Origin: Somniosus microcephalus
Lineage: Eukaryota
DNA: 64,000 bases
Assembly: GCA_052327205.1 (NCBI GenBank)
Contig: CM126213.1
Coordinates: forward strand, 86,304,001-86,368,000
Direction: 5' to 3'
How positions within the stretch are numbered: position 1 is the first letter of the stretch; the number at the start of each line of letters is the position of its first letter. Of the stretch, positions 11,443 through 24,900 are shown in pieces. The notes under the pieces were generated by a model. That model had not been told where the DNA came from and ran no database searches. It worked only from the letters and a program-made list of their open reading frames with translations. Position numbers and translations under genes: made by a program.

Positions 11443-12064
11443 TAAGAGTTAGTATTCTGAAATGGGAAGACCAGAGCGCACCTGGAACATTTCTCTCAAC
11501 TGCAGAATTGTGAGGAGAGTATACAATAACAAAAAAAGTAGGGAGGGCAGTGGAATCATGAAAAATTCTGTTGTATATTGAGACTCTGGTCTTTAAATTA
11601 AAGTCAAGATTATCACAAGTAAATCTTGATAGAAACATAATCATGATACCACTGCGTGGGGCTGTGTAAACCAGGCAGCTAGTGGTATTGTGCCTGGAAC
11701 CTAGAGCACTTTTAAATAGAGAAGCTGCATATCAGGGTTTCAGTTACATAAACCGTACATGCAAAGGGGTCTCAACCACCCACAGTGCAAATAAAAATGA
11801 GAATATTTGAGGTGCTTCTTAAAAATGCTGGTGTTGATTTTATTTTTCTACATTGCACTGTCGGCTTACTGAAAGAAATTGGAATTTTAATGCAATTACC
11901 AGTTGATCTCCTGTGGTGGTGCCCACGGGGAGTCAAGACCAAGGGCACTATTCAGGTCAAGCAGCGCTAGAGGCGATAATTGAATTAGACCAAGAAGTGG
12001 GAGGGTGGAGAAGAGGGAGAGGATGGGGGAAAAACTAGTGTGGGAGGAAGGCTGTTCATTTGGG

Positions 12065-12250
12065 GTGGGGCAGTTGCCAAATCTGCTCTGTGGGAGGTGA
12101 GTGCCTCATCAGGATTTTGCTTAGCAGGGGGGTGGGGGAGTCCCAATTGTTGCAAAGCTGCTCAGTGAGGGGCTGGGGGTGCCAGTTGTTGAAAAGCTAC
12201 TCAGTAGGCAAGGAGGGACGGTTGTCAAAAAGCTGTTCAGTGGGGGGCAG
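12065..12250. repeat. Degenerate G-rich minisatellite, ~36-40 bp period
   Basis: Four to five units resembling (c)agttgt..aaagctgctcagtgggg separated by G-runs. Confidence 0.55.
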
Positions 12251-14721
12251 GGTCCTAGTCCTTTTGGTTTGAGCACAGTTCCTCGCTTTTGCATTGCTGA
12301 GTGCAGTTCTGGGCTTTTCTACAGTCTGTTGTTTCTCGTCAAGCTGCAGTTTAGGGTCTTTGGTCCATTTCTTTCTTGTTCCGCCTCTACTTTTGCCCAG
12401 CAATTCTGTTTCTTCTCACTACTCAGTCATGTAACATTAGGCAGTATTATGCTATGCTCACAGTGCCACCTACAGGTGAAATACAATTAAAATGATGCAA
12501 GCCTGTGCTATTTTTAATATATAATTGATTATACAAAATATGTATTGCTATTTTGGGAAACATTGCATACTCTTGGCTTCAAAGAAAGTACCTGTCCTTT
12601 ACAAGCACAATATTTCCCCCAGGTGGAATGGTGTTACTTTGAACCCAAAGTCCATGAGCTGACAGCAGTGAGTTATACTGTTAGCTCTGCATCTATCCTT
12701 GGTCAATGAAAACAGCGCACTGTGCATACTCAACTTTTTGCTAATGCTACTGTGTCTAAAACAATGGACCACTTGTAATTCTTTTAATGTTCACTTTGCA
12801 CTGATTGCAGTTATATTTAAGGTGGTCTTGAGTGGCTTCTGTTGAAGTGAATTGCCTTAAAATTGCTGCAGTTATATTAAAGATTATATGTCATTTTGAT
12901 TTTCATGCCAAATTAATGTGGTTAGAGCTAGTAATTTAAACAAAGTTTTAGGGTTTGTTTCCATTTATTGTATCTCGAGCACCCTGACCTAGATTTACAG
13001 ATGATTGGAGCGAATAGGTTATTTGTTTACTTAAGCAAATTATGCAGCTAACAGCAACTTTGTTTTTCTCTCTGCTACTATAGGAAATAGGAATTTTTTG
13101 GAAGAGATTCTAAACGATCAGGAAACTCCAGCAATTGAGACAGATGCTGTAGAGAAGACCAATGTTGCCATGACGACTGCAGGCAGACATCCAGAGAGGT
13201 CCAGGTAAAAAAAATGACTGTTAGCTGCACATTCACAGCAATAGTTTTTCCCTTAATAGGAATTAACTGAGCATATATCCTCCAGCTGCAAAGCCATAGG
13301 CGCTGTCTGACTTTAAGCCTTTCTAACGCTATATATAAGTGTTGTGCAAACACATAATAGTAGTGGACTCAATACTGTTTTTTTGTTTCTCAAAACCAGA
13401 GACAGGAGACTAGATCACAAGGCCATTCTGATATCCTTCTGTTTCTATGGTTACCATAACGGCATTTATCAGTTCCTTATGAGAAGAGGCAAAGCAAATC
13501 TGTATGCACATGGCAAGGTTCCAGCATTTCAATTGAAAAAGCACTTTGAACTGCTGCCAAGTTTATAAGAAGCATAGCTGTCAGGACTGCTTAATGCTGG
13601 CAGTTTGTACTTGGCAAGCTTTCATTTCCCATCATTCTTCAGTTGGCTATTTTCCATGTATTTAGCGGAAGCTAAAAATTAACCCATGAAGATGATTGCA
13701 CAAACTGAGATTTTTAATTTGCACTGTTATTCAGTACAGTTTAGAAGATGGCTAAAAGGACACTTTTTTGAAATAAAATAGTTGAGTAACCTTTTTTCAC
13801 TTTCAATAAATGGAATTCTGATCTTTAACAACCTATCCATTGTTCTACAGTTCTGTTGCATAAAAGAAATGATCATTTAAAATATATTTCTCAATAAATG
13901 TTTCTAGAGAGGTATACAGTGCTACGTTTACCTTATTGAATTCAGTTGAAATTTTGGAATGTCAATATTGTAATTGAGTACAACTGAGATATGAGCATTC
14001 TTTTCTCTGCACTTTCGAGCTTGAATGATTGTAAAGACTAGGTGGTATTTTTGTGGACTAGTGCACTGTAGCTGAAAGCACAATGGATTCATTATTGGAA
14101 AAAAGGGTTATTGGCAGAAATATGCAGGGATTTTCAACCAACACAGAGATCAAGAGTGTCTACTTTCCCCCCCCCCCCTCTGCTATTCACCAGCTTCTGG
14201 TACAAATGGATTGAAAATTGTCTGTTATTCAGGCAGCTGGAAGGAGTTCAGGAAAATTATGCCTGGCACGAATTGTAAAGAATGGCTTGTATAAAACCAA
14301 CTCCATTATCTGTGGTAGAGTGTTTGCTAGTTTGTGCTGCACCATTAAAGAGTTGTTCATTGCCTTTCCCTATTCTAACAAGGCAAAGTGTATTAAGCAA
14401 TCCTGAGTATGTTTATGACATTAGTTATTCAATGAACAATGCTGACCATGTTTTCATCCACTGCCGTTTTAATGATGAAATGTTTGCTTCATCCATTGCC
14501 AAATGCATAAAACAAGTAGTGTTTTTTAACTCTAGGATGTGCACTTTTAATTAAATGAAAATTGAAAGTTATGGAAGTTAAAAGACAGGTTAATCTCTTG
14601 TAAAGAAATCAGTCACCATAATAATTGCTTTGTAATGTAACCTTTTCCATAATTCTTGTAACTGGAAATATAATTTCTGCATTTCCAAATGCAGAATTAT
14701 ACATTTTATTTTATTACTGCA

Positions 14722-15772
14722 TGGAATCATAGATTAATAGACCACAGAAGGAGTCCATTCGGCCCATCACGCCTGTGCGGCTCTTTGAAAAGCTATCCAA
14801 TTAGCCCCACTCCCTGGCTCTGTCTCCATAGCCCTGTATTTTTTTTTCCGTTCAAGTATTTATCCAATTCCCTTTTGAAAGTTAATATTGAATCTGCTAC
14901 CACCACCCTTTCAGGCAATGCATTCCAGAACACAACAACTCGCTGCGTAAAAGATAATTTCCTCATGGTTTCCTCGAGTTCTTTTCCCTATTGCCTTAAA
15001 TCTGAGTCCTCTGGTTATTGACGCTTCTACCACTGTAAACAGTTTCTCCTTATTTACTCTATCAAAACCGTTCATGATTTTGAACACTTCTATAAAATCT
15101 CTTAACCTTCTCCGCTCTAAGGAGAACAACCCCCAGCTTTTCCACATAACTGAAGTCCCTCAACCCTGGTACCATTCTAGTCAATCTCTTCTGTACCCTC
15201 TCCAAGGCCCTGACTTCCTTCCTAAAGTGTGGTGCCCAGAAATGAACACAATTCTCCAGCTCAGGCCTAACCAGTGCTTTATAAAGGTTTAACATAACTT
15301 CCTTTCTTTTGTACTCTATGCCTCTATTAATAAAACCAAGGATCCAATATGCTTTTTTAATGGCCTTCTCAACTTGTCCTGCCACCTGCAAGGATTTGTG
15401 TACATACATCCCCAGGTCTCTCTGCTCCTGCAGCCCCCTTTAAAATTGTACCATTTAGTTTATGTTACCTCTCCTTATTCTTCCTACCAAACTGTATCAC
15501 TTCACTCTTCTGTGTTAAATTTCATCTGCCATGTGCCTGCCCATTTCACCAGTCTGTGTGTGTCCTCCTGAAGACTGTTACTATCCTCCTCACTGTTTAC
15601 TACATTTCCGAGTTTTGTGTTATCTGCAAACTTTGAAATGATGCCCTGTATACCCAAGTCCAGGACATATCAAAAAGAATAGTAGTCCTAACACTGACCC
15701 CTGGGGAACACCACTATATACTTCCCTCCAGACTGAAAAACAACTGTTCATCACTACTTTCTGCTTTCTGTC
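14722..15772 (-). mobile_element. CR1 LINE 3' fragment
   Basis: Minus-strand ORF pieces LYKALVRPELENCVHFWAPHFRK and FSLERRRLR; reverse-complemented CR1 3' tail (CCATTCGGCCC) near 14755. Confidence 0.92.
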
Positions 15773-16632
15773 TCTTTAATGACTTTCATGATTAACCCAT
15801 AATTTTCCAAGTGCCAATCATTTTTTCCAGATTATTGTCTCGATGTAGATGTTTTATGTATATATTACTGCACACTTCCTGCATCTCTTTAATTTTCTCA
15901 GCCACAACGGTTGATGATGTACTTTGCCAACCTACATGTCGTCTAATACGTATTTTTAAGATGTGGTTGTAAACCATCTAGCAGTTTACTGCCTTTTCAG
16001 TTATGAAAGGAGGTAAACTTGTGCTTATGAGTTTCCATTTCCCATGTTATAGCTTGTTTTTCAGTCATGTCCTTCCCTGCCTCTTTATTCTTCCTTGTGA
16101 ACATTGTGAAATTATAACATGGAAGCTTTGGTTGGTTTTCAAAGACCATCAATCACTGATGGAGGCCAGAAGCAGGGGTATTGCTTAGCCATTTCCTTGC
16201 TAAACATTTGTTGAGTTTTGTATTTTTGGCAGCCTATCAATTAGAGTTTGCAGGGATGGAAAATCATGCTTTTTTGCTTTGGGAGTGGAAATGGAGTGCC
16301 ATGTCCATAAGAAGCATGGATAGATGAATTTATGTATTTATTGGAACTAAAGGTACAAATAAAGTTTTATTATCTTTACAGATAATGGCTTTATTTTTGA
16401 AGGGATTTTTTGTGTGCTTGTGGAAAAAGAAAAGCTATTCACAGCAAAACTAGGTTTCTCCATTGTGTGTATAGTCTGTTACATAAGATCAAAAACCATT
16501 TTCAGCTTCCAGTCAGCTTTGATTTTGCCATTACTTTGTGTTTTTGTCATATTTTGTATATAAATGCAAGTATTAATCTTATACTATTATGGAGGATTTT
16601 TATGTCTGTTCTTGGGTGTATAGTTTTTGGGG

Positions 16633-17050
16633 AAAGGGGTCTAGCTGAGTGCATTATCACACTGCCCTTTTACCTGGGAAACCTACATTCAAACCCAGCC
16701 AGATTGATGATGAAAGTTTCCTTTCTATGTTGGCTATAGAAGTTATATGTGAAGTTGCTTTTCGCACTCTCAACCTAGTGCTAAGGGCCCACATCATAAA
16801 ACTGCCCATAATTTGGCATTAGTAAACCTACATTGGCAGTCTCACTGAGTGTCCATAAGGCTGTTGGAACTAGAAAGTTCACACTGGTAGTGGGTGCTCT
16901 TTTCATGCTGGGGTTAAAGCATATTGTTGGGGCAGAGTAAAAGCTGTTTTGCTGTGCTGTCCCACAAAAGTGGACAAAATGCTTCATTCTTCAAGCACTG
17001 ATAACCCTCACCATGAGCAGCACATAAATTCAGCTCCTTTCTCCCTAGCC
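16633..17050 (+). mobile_element. LF-SINE-like element (copy A)
   Basis: tRNA-like head GCCCTTTTACCT...TTCAAACCCAGCCAGA; body CCCACATCATAAAACTGCC...TTGGCAGTCTCA...GGGTTAAAGCATATTG..GGGCAGAGT, matching my recollection of the LF-SINE consensus. Homologous to 44297-44730. Confidence 0.65.
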
Positions 17051-17149
17051 AATAAACACAAGTTCACTGCTGCTCATTAAATTATGCTTGACTTAAAAAA
17101 AGTTTGTTCATGAGTAGAAGAGCTTTTACACCACTATTTAATTACAGTT

Positions 17150-17330
17150 GGTTACCTCTGGTTCGGTGAGTCGCTGAGCCATATAGACTGGGACATTTGG
17201 GGACTATTGTTGAGTTGGGGCTGTACAGTTGACCATGGCTTTCTTGGTTAGGGAGGACATGACACCAAAATTCTTGTCCCTAATGGCTGATTGTTTAAAC
17301 TGCTGACTTCAAAATCACTAACGATGTCCT
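17150..17330 (+). mobile_element. Old tRNA-derived SINE fragment (family of 48480-48730 and 58260-58560)
   Basis: GCTGAGCCATATAGACTGGGA... resembles the reverse complement of the heads of the two minus-strand copies. Confidence 0.4.
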
Positions 17331-17379
17331 ATGTGACTGCATCCCCGGCTTGCTGTCTCTTCTTGTCGTCCTCCACTTT

Positions 17380-17960
17380 TCTGCCAGTACCACTGTCTCT
17401 CATCCATGATGCAGCTTTGTGCCATCACACTCCTATGGTTCCACACCTATTTGTCGCAACACAGTGTCACTACAGCTCCTCAAACAATTTCTCATTCTGT
17501 GCTTGCATGGTCACCTGGGGTGTACAACATGATTTCACCCTGGGTCCCCTTATATCATTCACGAGCATGGGATCAGCTAATATCTATGTGCTGTTTCCTA
17601 TCTCTTTTAACTGCAGGACTGTTGCTGTACTATCTAACTGCTTATCTGATATCAAGTCCTGAATGCATTAAAATTTACCATAGGGTCTGGAGTCCCAACC
17701 TATTCTGTTTGGGTCTTGCTGGTATCTACGTGCCTTGGGCTGTGACTGTATTAGGCTCCCTGGCTGCCTGCTCAGGCTGAATTCAGTGCTGCACAAACAT
17801 AGTGTTCTGATCAACATGAAGCTTTCAACTTCTCACACGGTTTATCTTTCACTCTGGAACATTGTCAGCAGTATTTGCAAGACAGTTTCCCACTCCTGTA
17901 AAGAAACTTCCAGTACAGGACTGATTCAATTATCACCTGGAACTGTCGGTTTCCTACAGA
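17380..17960 (+). mobile_element. Decayed L2-type LINE RT fragment
   Basis: Remnants LLWFHTYLS, VTWGVQHDFTLGPL (cf. GVPQGSVLGP) and LSNCLSDIKS. Confidence 0.6.
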
Positions 17961-18440
17961 CCTGAGTTATATCGCTGGTTATATTCAGTAAGATAGAAGT
18001 ATCTTCAGAAAAATGCAACAGACAAGATATCTGAATAGTATGCACCCATCATGTTGAGGTTGACGTATATTGGGTCTGTCATCCTCCAGGACAGCGTTAT
18101 GTACCACTGGTCTGTGATCAGTATCAATTCTGAGGCTATGTGATAATATTTCATGTTGGAAACCATATAGGCATGCTTTAGAGATTGCAGCCTTATTGTT
18201 GATGGCTTTGCACTACTATTCTGTATTAAGCAGTTAAAGGAAGGTCATTGTGTGCAATGAACTGGAGTAGAGAATGATTAAAAGTAAGGCTGAAAACTTG
18301 GATACTTGTAGTTAATATTTACTTTGTCTGAGTAAACTCCAGTATACGAGTACAGAAAAGATTGTACTGCTATCAACATACTGATTCATTAGACCTTTGT
18401 TCTGTTTTTATTCAGCAAACCGATATCAAAAGGATAATAT

Positions 18441-18895
18441 AGGCCCAGATTTTGCAGTAGGAATAACGATGAGGCTATCAGCGCTCACCATTATTATGGA
18501 GTAAATTGTCCGCAGATGCGCAGTTAAACGCGGAAATCAGGAAGCTGCCGTCCGATTTGCCCTGTTCCTCCACAAGCTTCACTCTAACAGTACCTCGCCA
18601 AGAGATTTGGCATTCAAACAAATGAAGGGCGTGAAGTTGCGGTACTTACCCACTAGATCCTATATGCACCAAAAAAAGCCCATTCAAGTGTAAGTGAATT
18701 TTTAACGCTGTGACAAGTCTTAATTACTGCCAAACAACCTCTCTGGCACTGAAAATTTACTTTTCAAGTGTGGAGTCTCATTCCTACAGATTTGAATTAT
18801 TGTTGGAGAAAAAAAATTACTTTTTCTTTCTGTCTCTTATCTCTCTTAATCCCATCTTTCTTTCTCTCTTATTTTGCTTTCTGTACATGATTTTA
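18441..18895 (+). mobile_element. Harbinger-like non-autonomous element, left part only (family of 40187-40924)
   Basis: Starts AGGCCCAGATTTTGC; collinear with 40187-40680 (e.g. AAGGGCGTGAAGTTGCGGTACTTA, AACAACCTCTCTGGCACTGAA, TGGAGTCTCATTCC). Confidence 0.75.
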
Positions 18896-19078
18896 CTTAC
18901 AGATTCCGTTCACCTATCACCCCTGTTCTTGCTGATGTACATTGGGTGCTGGTCCCCCAATTTCTCCAATTTAAATTGCCGATTCTCATGTTTAAATTTC
19001 TTCATGGCCTCATCCCTTCCTATCCCTGTAACCTCTTCTGGCCCTACAATCCTCCAAAAGCTTGGAGTTCCTCTGAAT
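18896..19078 (+). mobile_element. L2 LINE 3' ORF fragment
   Basis: Encodes SPITPVLADVHW..FKLPILMFKFLHGL.PSYPCNL..PYNPP, the L2 C-terminal signature. Confidence 0.8.
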
Positions 19079-19494
19079 CTGAATAGAAAATACAGAGAGA
19101 CTGTTACAGGAAGAGAGATACATTTTTTAAAAAACTTTACCCATGAACAACTGCATAGCAAATTTGCATAAAGTTTGTAGTGTTACTTAGGCCACATGGA
19201 TATATGGTGTGTGATGAGAGAATTGATACTGTTTTAAAAGGGTTGATTTACTACGGTTGAGGTAGAATCGGGGGAGCTCCACTCTTTATCTGGCTTGTGA
19301 AGTACCTGTCATGGGGAGTATTTAATGCTGACACTGGCCACAAGTGAAATGTGATGCCCAGCACAGACACAAATATTCACACAAAATAATGTATAGGACC
19401 CTCAATGTATTTGAAGATTGCCGAGAAAAGAAATGACACATAGTGGAAGTAAAATCTTTTTCATAAGTGGATTGGCTTTGGCATTTCAGCTCCC

Positions 19495-19600
19495 TCTTTA
19501 CAATGGTGACTTCACTTCAAAAGTACTTCATTGGCTGTAAAGTGCTTTGGGACATCCGGTGGTCATGAATGGCGCTATATAAATCCAAGTCTTTCTTTCT
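19495..19600 (+). mobile_element. Deu-SINE 3' tail fragment
   Basis: CACTTCAAAAGTACTTCATTGGCTGTAAAGTGCTTTGG...GCGCTATATAAAT, matching 3600-3690. Confidence 0.8.
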
Positions 19601-20800
19601 CCATTGTGAATGATGTATGTCTGTACCAAATGTGTACATTTTCTCATTATATTCTCTATAATGTCTGTTACAAATGCAGACAGTATCTTAATATTCAATA
19701 ACACTACCTTACAGAGGTGATCACTGTCTGAAGGAAGAATTAATTGTACAAGTTGTCTGTACCTAAAACAAAAGACATTGCAGCACTGAATTGAGGAGCT
19801 AGGCTGAAGTTTTAACTGTAACTTTAACTTAATCGAAAATGTCTTCTGAGATCAGTGAAAAAACTTAAGTGATCATTCTAACTGATTAGTGCTTTTTTCT
19901 AGTCTGTGGGCCAATGAATAATAGCTGTTACTTTTAACAGAGATATTCTATGATGGACACATCTAGCATGAAAATAGTTCCATGTTCACAGGGTGAATAA
20001 TGCAGCACATGGTATCATGCCAAATTAGTGCTAATTGTGCTGCCCATTGCACATTAAGAACTGGGTTCAGATTAACCAAACTCATCTTAAATTAGGACCT
20101 TACTGCTTGCATAAAGAGGAAACTTCCATTACAGCAGACTGGGAAGAATCCAAAGCCAGGTCCCAAAGATAAAGCGACAGTCTCCTAAGGTACTTCGTGC
20201 CCAGTGCCCTAACGTACTGTGTGCCAAATGTCATATTAACAGTCAAAAATGGTTTTAAAATGCATTTAAATCATTTTTATCTTTACATTAAGTAACAGAA
20301 ATAAAATCTTTCCATGCTCTGTTGCATCATTACATCAAACTTTTCAATTTGAGATGAACACATGTTTTAATTTGACCTGTGAATTTAATTATTTACAGCT
20401 GCTAAGGGGATTTTCAATATGGCTGCCAAAATCCTGCTGACTGCATGATAAAAATAGACCCAGTTCTAGCCACAAAATAACTTTTTAAAAAATTGTTGGA
20501 GTTGAACTCCACATAGGTGGACAAGTATATATTTATTCATTTTTCCAAGGCTCGTTGTATTCCTCTCTTTCATTAATCTTCCCCTATGTATCAGTTTTAC
20601 TATGATTATCTGTTGCGCTGCATAGGAAGTGAAGGCTGACGGAGATGTTTTTTATGTTTATTATGTAAGGAATCAATTTTCAGTACAAATAAACACAGTA
20701 GAAAGGAGGGGAACATACTTGGTAAATGTTAGATGTCTTAAAGAAACAATTCTTTATTGACCACTTGGTAGTAGTAAAAGTCTCTGATGTGATGAACTAC

Positions 20801-22574
20801 ATTTATAATGGGGAACAAAGAAATGGCTGACTAATTAAATACATACTTTGGTTCTGTCTTCACAAAGGAGGACACAAATAACATCCCAGAGATGTCGGGG
20901 AACATAGGATCTAATGAGAGGGAGGAACTGAATGAAATCAGTATTTGTAGGGAAATGGTGTTAGGGAAATTGACGGGATTGCAGGCCGATAAATCCCAAG
21001 GGCCTGATAATCTACATCCTAGGGTACTTAAGGAAGTGGCCCTAGAAATAGTAGATGCATTGCTGGTCATCTTCCAAAATTCTATAGACTCTGGAACAGT
21101 TCCCATGGATTTGAGGGTAGCTAATGTAACTCCACTATTTAAAAAATGTGGTATAGTGAAAACGGGGAATTATAGACCGGTAAGCCTGACATCGGTAGTG
21201 GGGGAAAATGCTAGAGTCCATTAAAAAAGATGTAATAGCAGAGCACTTGGAAAACAGTGGAAGGATCGGACAAAGTCAACATGGATTTACAAAAGGTAAA
21301 TCGTGCTTGGACTAATCTACTGGAATTTTTTGAGGATGTAACTGGTAGAATAGATAAGGGAGAACCAGTGGATGTGGTGTATTTGGACTTTCAGAAGGCT
21401 TTCGATCAGGTCCCGCATAAGAGATTAGCGTGTAAAGTTAAGGTACATGGGATTGGGGGCAAGGTATTCACTTGGATAGAGAACTGGTTGGCAGACAGGA
21501 AGCAAAGAGTTGGAATAAACGGGTCTTTTTCCGAGTGGCAGGCAGTGACTAGTGGGGTACCGCAGGGATCGGTCCTAGGACCCCAGCTATTCACAATATA
21601 TATTAATGATCTAGACGAGGGAACTAGATGTAATATCTCCAAGTTTGCAGACGACACAAAGCTGGGTGGGCGTGTGTGCTGTGAGGAGGATGCTGAGAAA
21701 CTCCAGTATGATTTGGACAGGTTGGGTGATTGGGCAGATGCATGGCAGATGCAGTATAATGTGGATAAATGCGAGGTTATCCACTTTGGTGGCATAAACA
21801 GGAAGGCGGATTATTATCTGAACGGCAATAGATTGGGAGAAGGGGATGTGCAACGAGACCTGGGTGTCCTTGTGCACCAGTCGCTGAAGGTAAGCATGCA
21901 GGTGCAGCAGGCAGTTAAGAAGGCAAATGGTTTGTTGGCCTTCGTAGCGAGAGGGTTTGAGTACAGGAACAAGGATGTCTTGCTGCAGCTGTACAGGGCC
22001 TTGGTGAGACCACACCTTGAATATTGTGTGCAGTTTTGGTCGCCTTATCTGAGGAAGGATGTTCTTGCCATGGAGGGAGTGAAGCAAAGATTCACCAGAC
22101 TGATACCTGGGATGGCAGGAATGACGTATGAGGAGAGATTGGGTCGATTGGGCTTATACTCGCTGGAGTTTAGAAGAATGAGAGGGGATCTCATTGAAAC
22201 TTATAAAATTCTAACAGGACTAGACAGACTAGATGCAGGAAGGATGTTCCCGATGGCCAGGGAGTCCAGAACCAGGGGTCACAGTCTAAGGATAAGGGGT
22301 AAGCCATTTAGGACAGAGATGAGGAGGAATTTCTTCACCCAGAGAGTGGTGAACCTGTGGAATTCTCTACCACAGAAGGCAGTTGAGGCCAATTCATTAA
22401 ATATATTCAAGAAGGTGTTAGATATATTTCTTAAGGCTAAAGGGATCAAGGGATATGGGGAGAAAGCAGGGACAGGGTACTGAATTTGGATGATCAGCCA
22501 TGGTCTCATTGAATGGCAGAGCAGGCTCGAGGGGCCGAATGGCCTACTCCTGCTCCTATCTTCTATGTTTCTAT
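20801..22574 (+). mobile_element. Young 5'-truncated CR1 LINE (RT domain plus 3' UTR)
   Basis: NYRPVSLTS, YLDFQKAFD, GVPQGSVLGP, KFADD, YRALVRPHLEYCVQFWSP. Only two +1 frameshifts (~21205, ~21310). 3' tail GGGCCGAATGGCCTACTCCTGCTCCT plus TTCTAT-type repeats. Confidence 0.96.
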
Positions 22575-24379
22575 ATATATTTCAAAAATGTTATTTGTTG
22601 GGCAGAAAGTACAGCAAACCAGGAATTATTAATTATCAGTCTTGCCATTTACTACTTCTACTAGAGTAGGGTTTGTGTAGCTGCACACTAGTCTCTCCTA
22701 TTTCTTTTCATGTCACATTGTCAGCGTTGAACAAGGTGGCTTAAAGGGGTTCTATAACAACATAGTCGAGTAGCAATGATTGTAAATAGGTATGGCATAG
22801 GAAACCTGGTGTTGTGTCTCAGTAACATTCTCTGATTATCAGTCCTTGGGAATTGAGAGTGAACAGCTCAAAATAACATTTATTACTCTTTTTTTTTAAA
22901 AAGTCATCTATTTAAATTAGGTCAGAAAGCTCTTTATTTTAAATAAATGATAAGTGGGTACTCTCTTCCTTTAAATGTGCGTATTGCCCACTTCCCCATG
23001 GGGGGTTTCCCTGGGTAAATTAAATTTCTGGAATATCTCACGCCAAAAATTCAGCTGCAACAATGACTGCTATGTGGTAACTCTGCCAAGCTTCCAATTC
23101 TGCAGAAATTAGAATACTGCAAAGTGTGCTATTTTTTTAAAGTAGACACAAATATGATTGGCAAAGTGATACCATGTGTTAATAAATTACTAAATTGTCT
23201 GTTGAGATAAGACCCTTTAAGATGAACTTTCTAGTTTTTTTGTAACGTAGTTTCAGGTCTGGGAAGCATGTTTAATGTTTTTTATTCAGAATTAAGAAAC
23301 AATTAATCTCTTAATTTGTTAGACCCTTTTAAATTAATGTAGAATTGTATGATGATTGCAAATATTGAAACTACACTGTGCATACTCCTGTGACATAGTG
23401 ATGTGTCTAGGTTTATGGGTCGTTTTCAGAGTCCGAATTCCAAATTCCAGTTGTATAAGTAAGATGCTTACTGAACTGTTGTAATATATAAACAATTTTG
23501 TCTTATGGTCAGCTTTTAGTGATAAGTACGTAACATGAAAAATCCAACGAGGTTGTGTTTACTCTGGTAAAGTATCGAGCTTTAACAGGATGGCAATCTG
23601 AACAAACAGGTCACTGAGTGAGTGCTGCACGGATCATTTCTTCCTTTTTATGTGGAGCCGAGGTGGGGGAGGGTTGTATCCTGATTTAAGTTCGACTTTA
23701 GAAGCGCTACAGAAATTAGTTTTACTTTCGGAACTATTTTTAATGTAACAAAGTTGAATGCAATCTACAGCATAATAACAAGTGGATGTTGATATAAAAT
23801 ATAGACCTATTTCAGTGTTGTTCATGGAATTGCAATAAACTAACGGTAGCGGAAAAATTAGATAAAAGTTTTAAGGTAACATTTTCCAGTTGGGTTTGTT
23901 TCTCTTCATTTCTAGATTTCCTATTCTATAGCCTTTACAAGTTCGAGTTAAATGTTACCTTTATTAAACAGTAACCAAATGGTTATATTTATATTAAAGT
24001 GCTGACGTAGCCTCCGAAGTTGATGGCCCACATCCATATTAATGATTAAACCATACTGGAAAAACAAGCAGCACCTCCCTCACCTCGGGGCACGCACCAT
24101 CGGGCAACTACTTTCATGGAAAGTAAATACAAGTATTCATTGGGAGAGAGCTTATCGTTTTAGATTGCCGTTTACACAGCAAATTGCACAACAGGAAACT
24201 GGCATTGGGTTGGTTAGATTTGGGTGGAAGTTGCATAATTATTTGGCCAAACATTTTAACGTTTTTTTAAGCAATGAAATTATTTAATATTTTTTCCTGA
24301 CTTAACGATGGTTTGTTTTTACCATTTCCCCATCAAGCCTCACCGACACCGCTCTTAAATCGGTCGGAGTATGTTTACT

Positions 24380-24900
24380 TCGAAAAAATGTGGAGATTGT
24401 AGTTTTAAGAAACTGCCCCCTTTGTTTCTGGGAGGGATACGTCAAAGGTCTGTTTTACTAGTTTAACGACGATCTTAAAAATACATATGTCTTGTAATGA
24501 ATGGATTTCTGCCAATACATTGGGAGTCTGAAAAGCAGATGAGCAGCTTCAGTGCAGAATTATCAGCAGAGAATAAAATGTGGGCTCGGTCTGTGAGTGA
24601 CATGGCGCAAAACGCTGGAGAGTTGCGACATTCTAAAGAGAACTGAAATAGAACAGGCCCTGACGTCATGGGGCGGGACTGGAGCTGCTGTTGAAAGCTG
24701 CAGCTGAGAGGCGGGGGAAAACCTAGACAACATCGCAAACACTGACATAACATCCCCACAAGTTAAATATGTATTTATACAGTAACTACTTTCTATTATC
24801 ATGAGGGTTATGCTTTTATGACGGTTAAAGGAGATCCTCTTAACGCAGTTTTGTTTTTAGTCATTCTAATACATGGCCCGAAGTTGTAGTTAAGAGGTCA
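24380..24900. promoter_or_regulatory. Upstream CpG-rich promoter-like cluster
   Basis: Full CRE TGACGTCA at 24661-24668 next to GC box GGGGCGGG at 24670-24677; YY1-like CATGGCG at 24601; ACTACAA-type motifs on - at ~24395 and ~24885. Confidence 0.55.
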
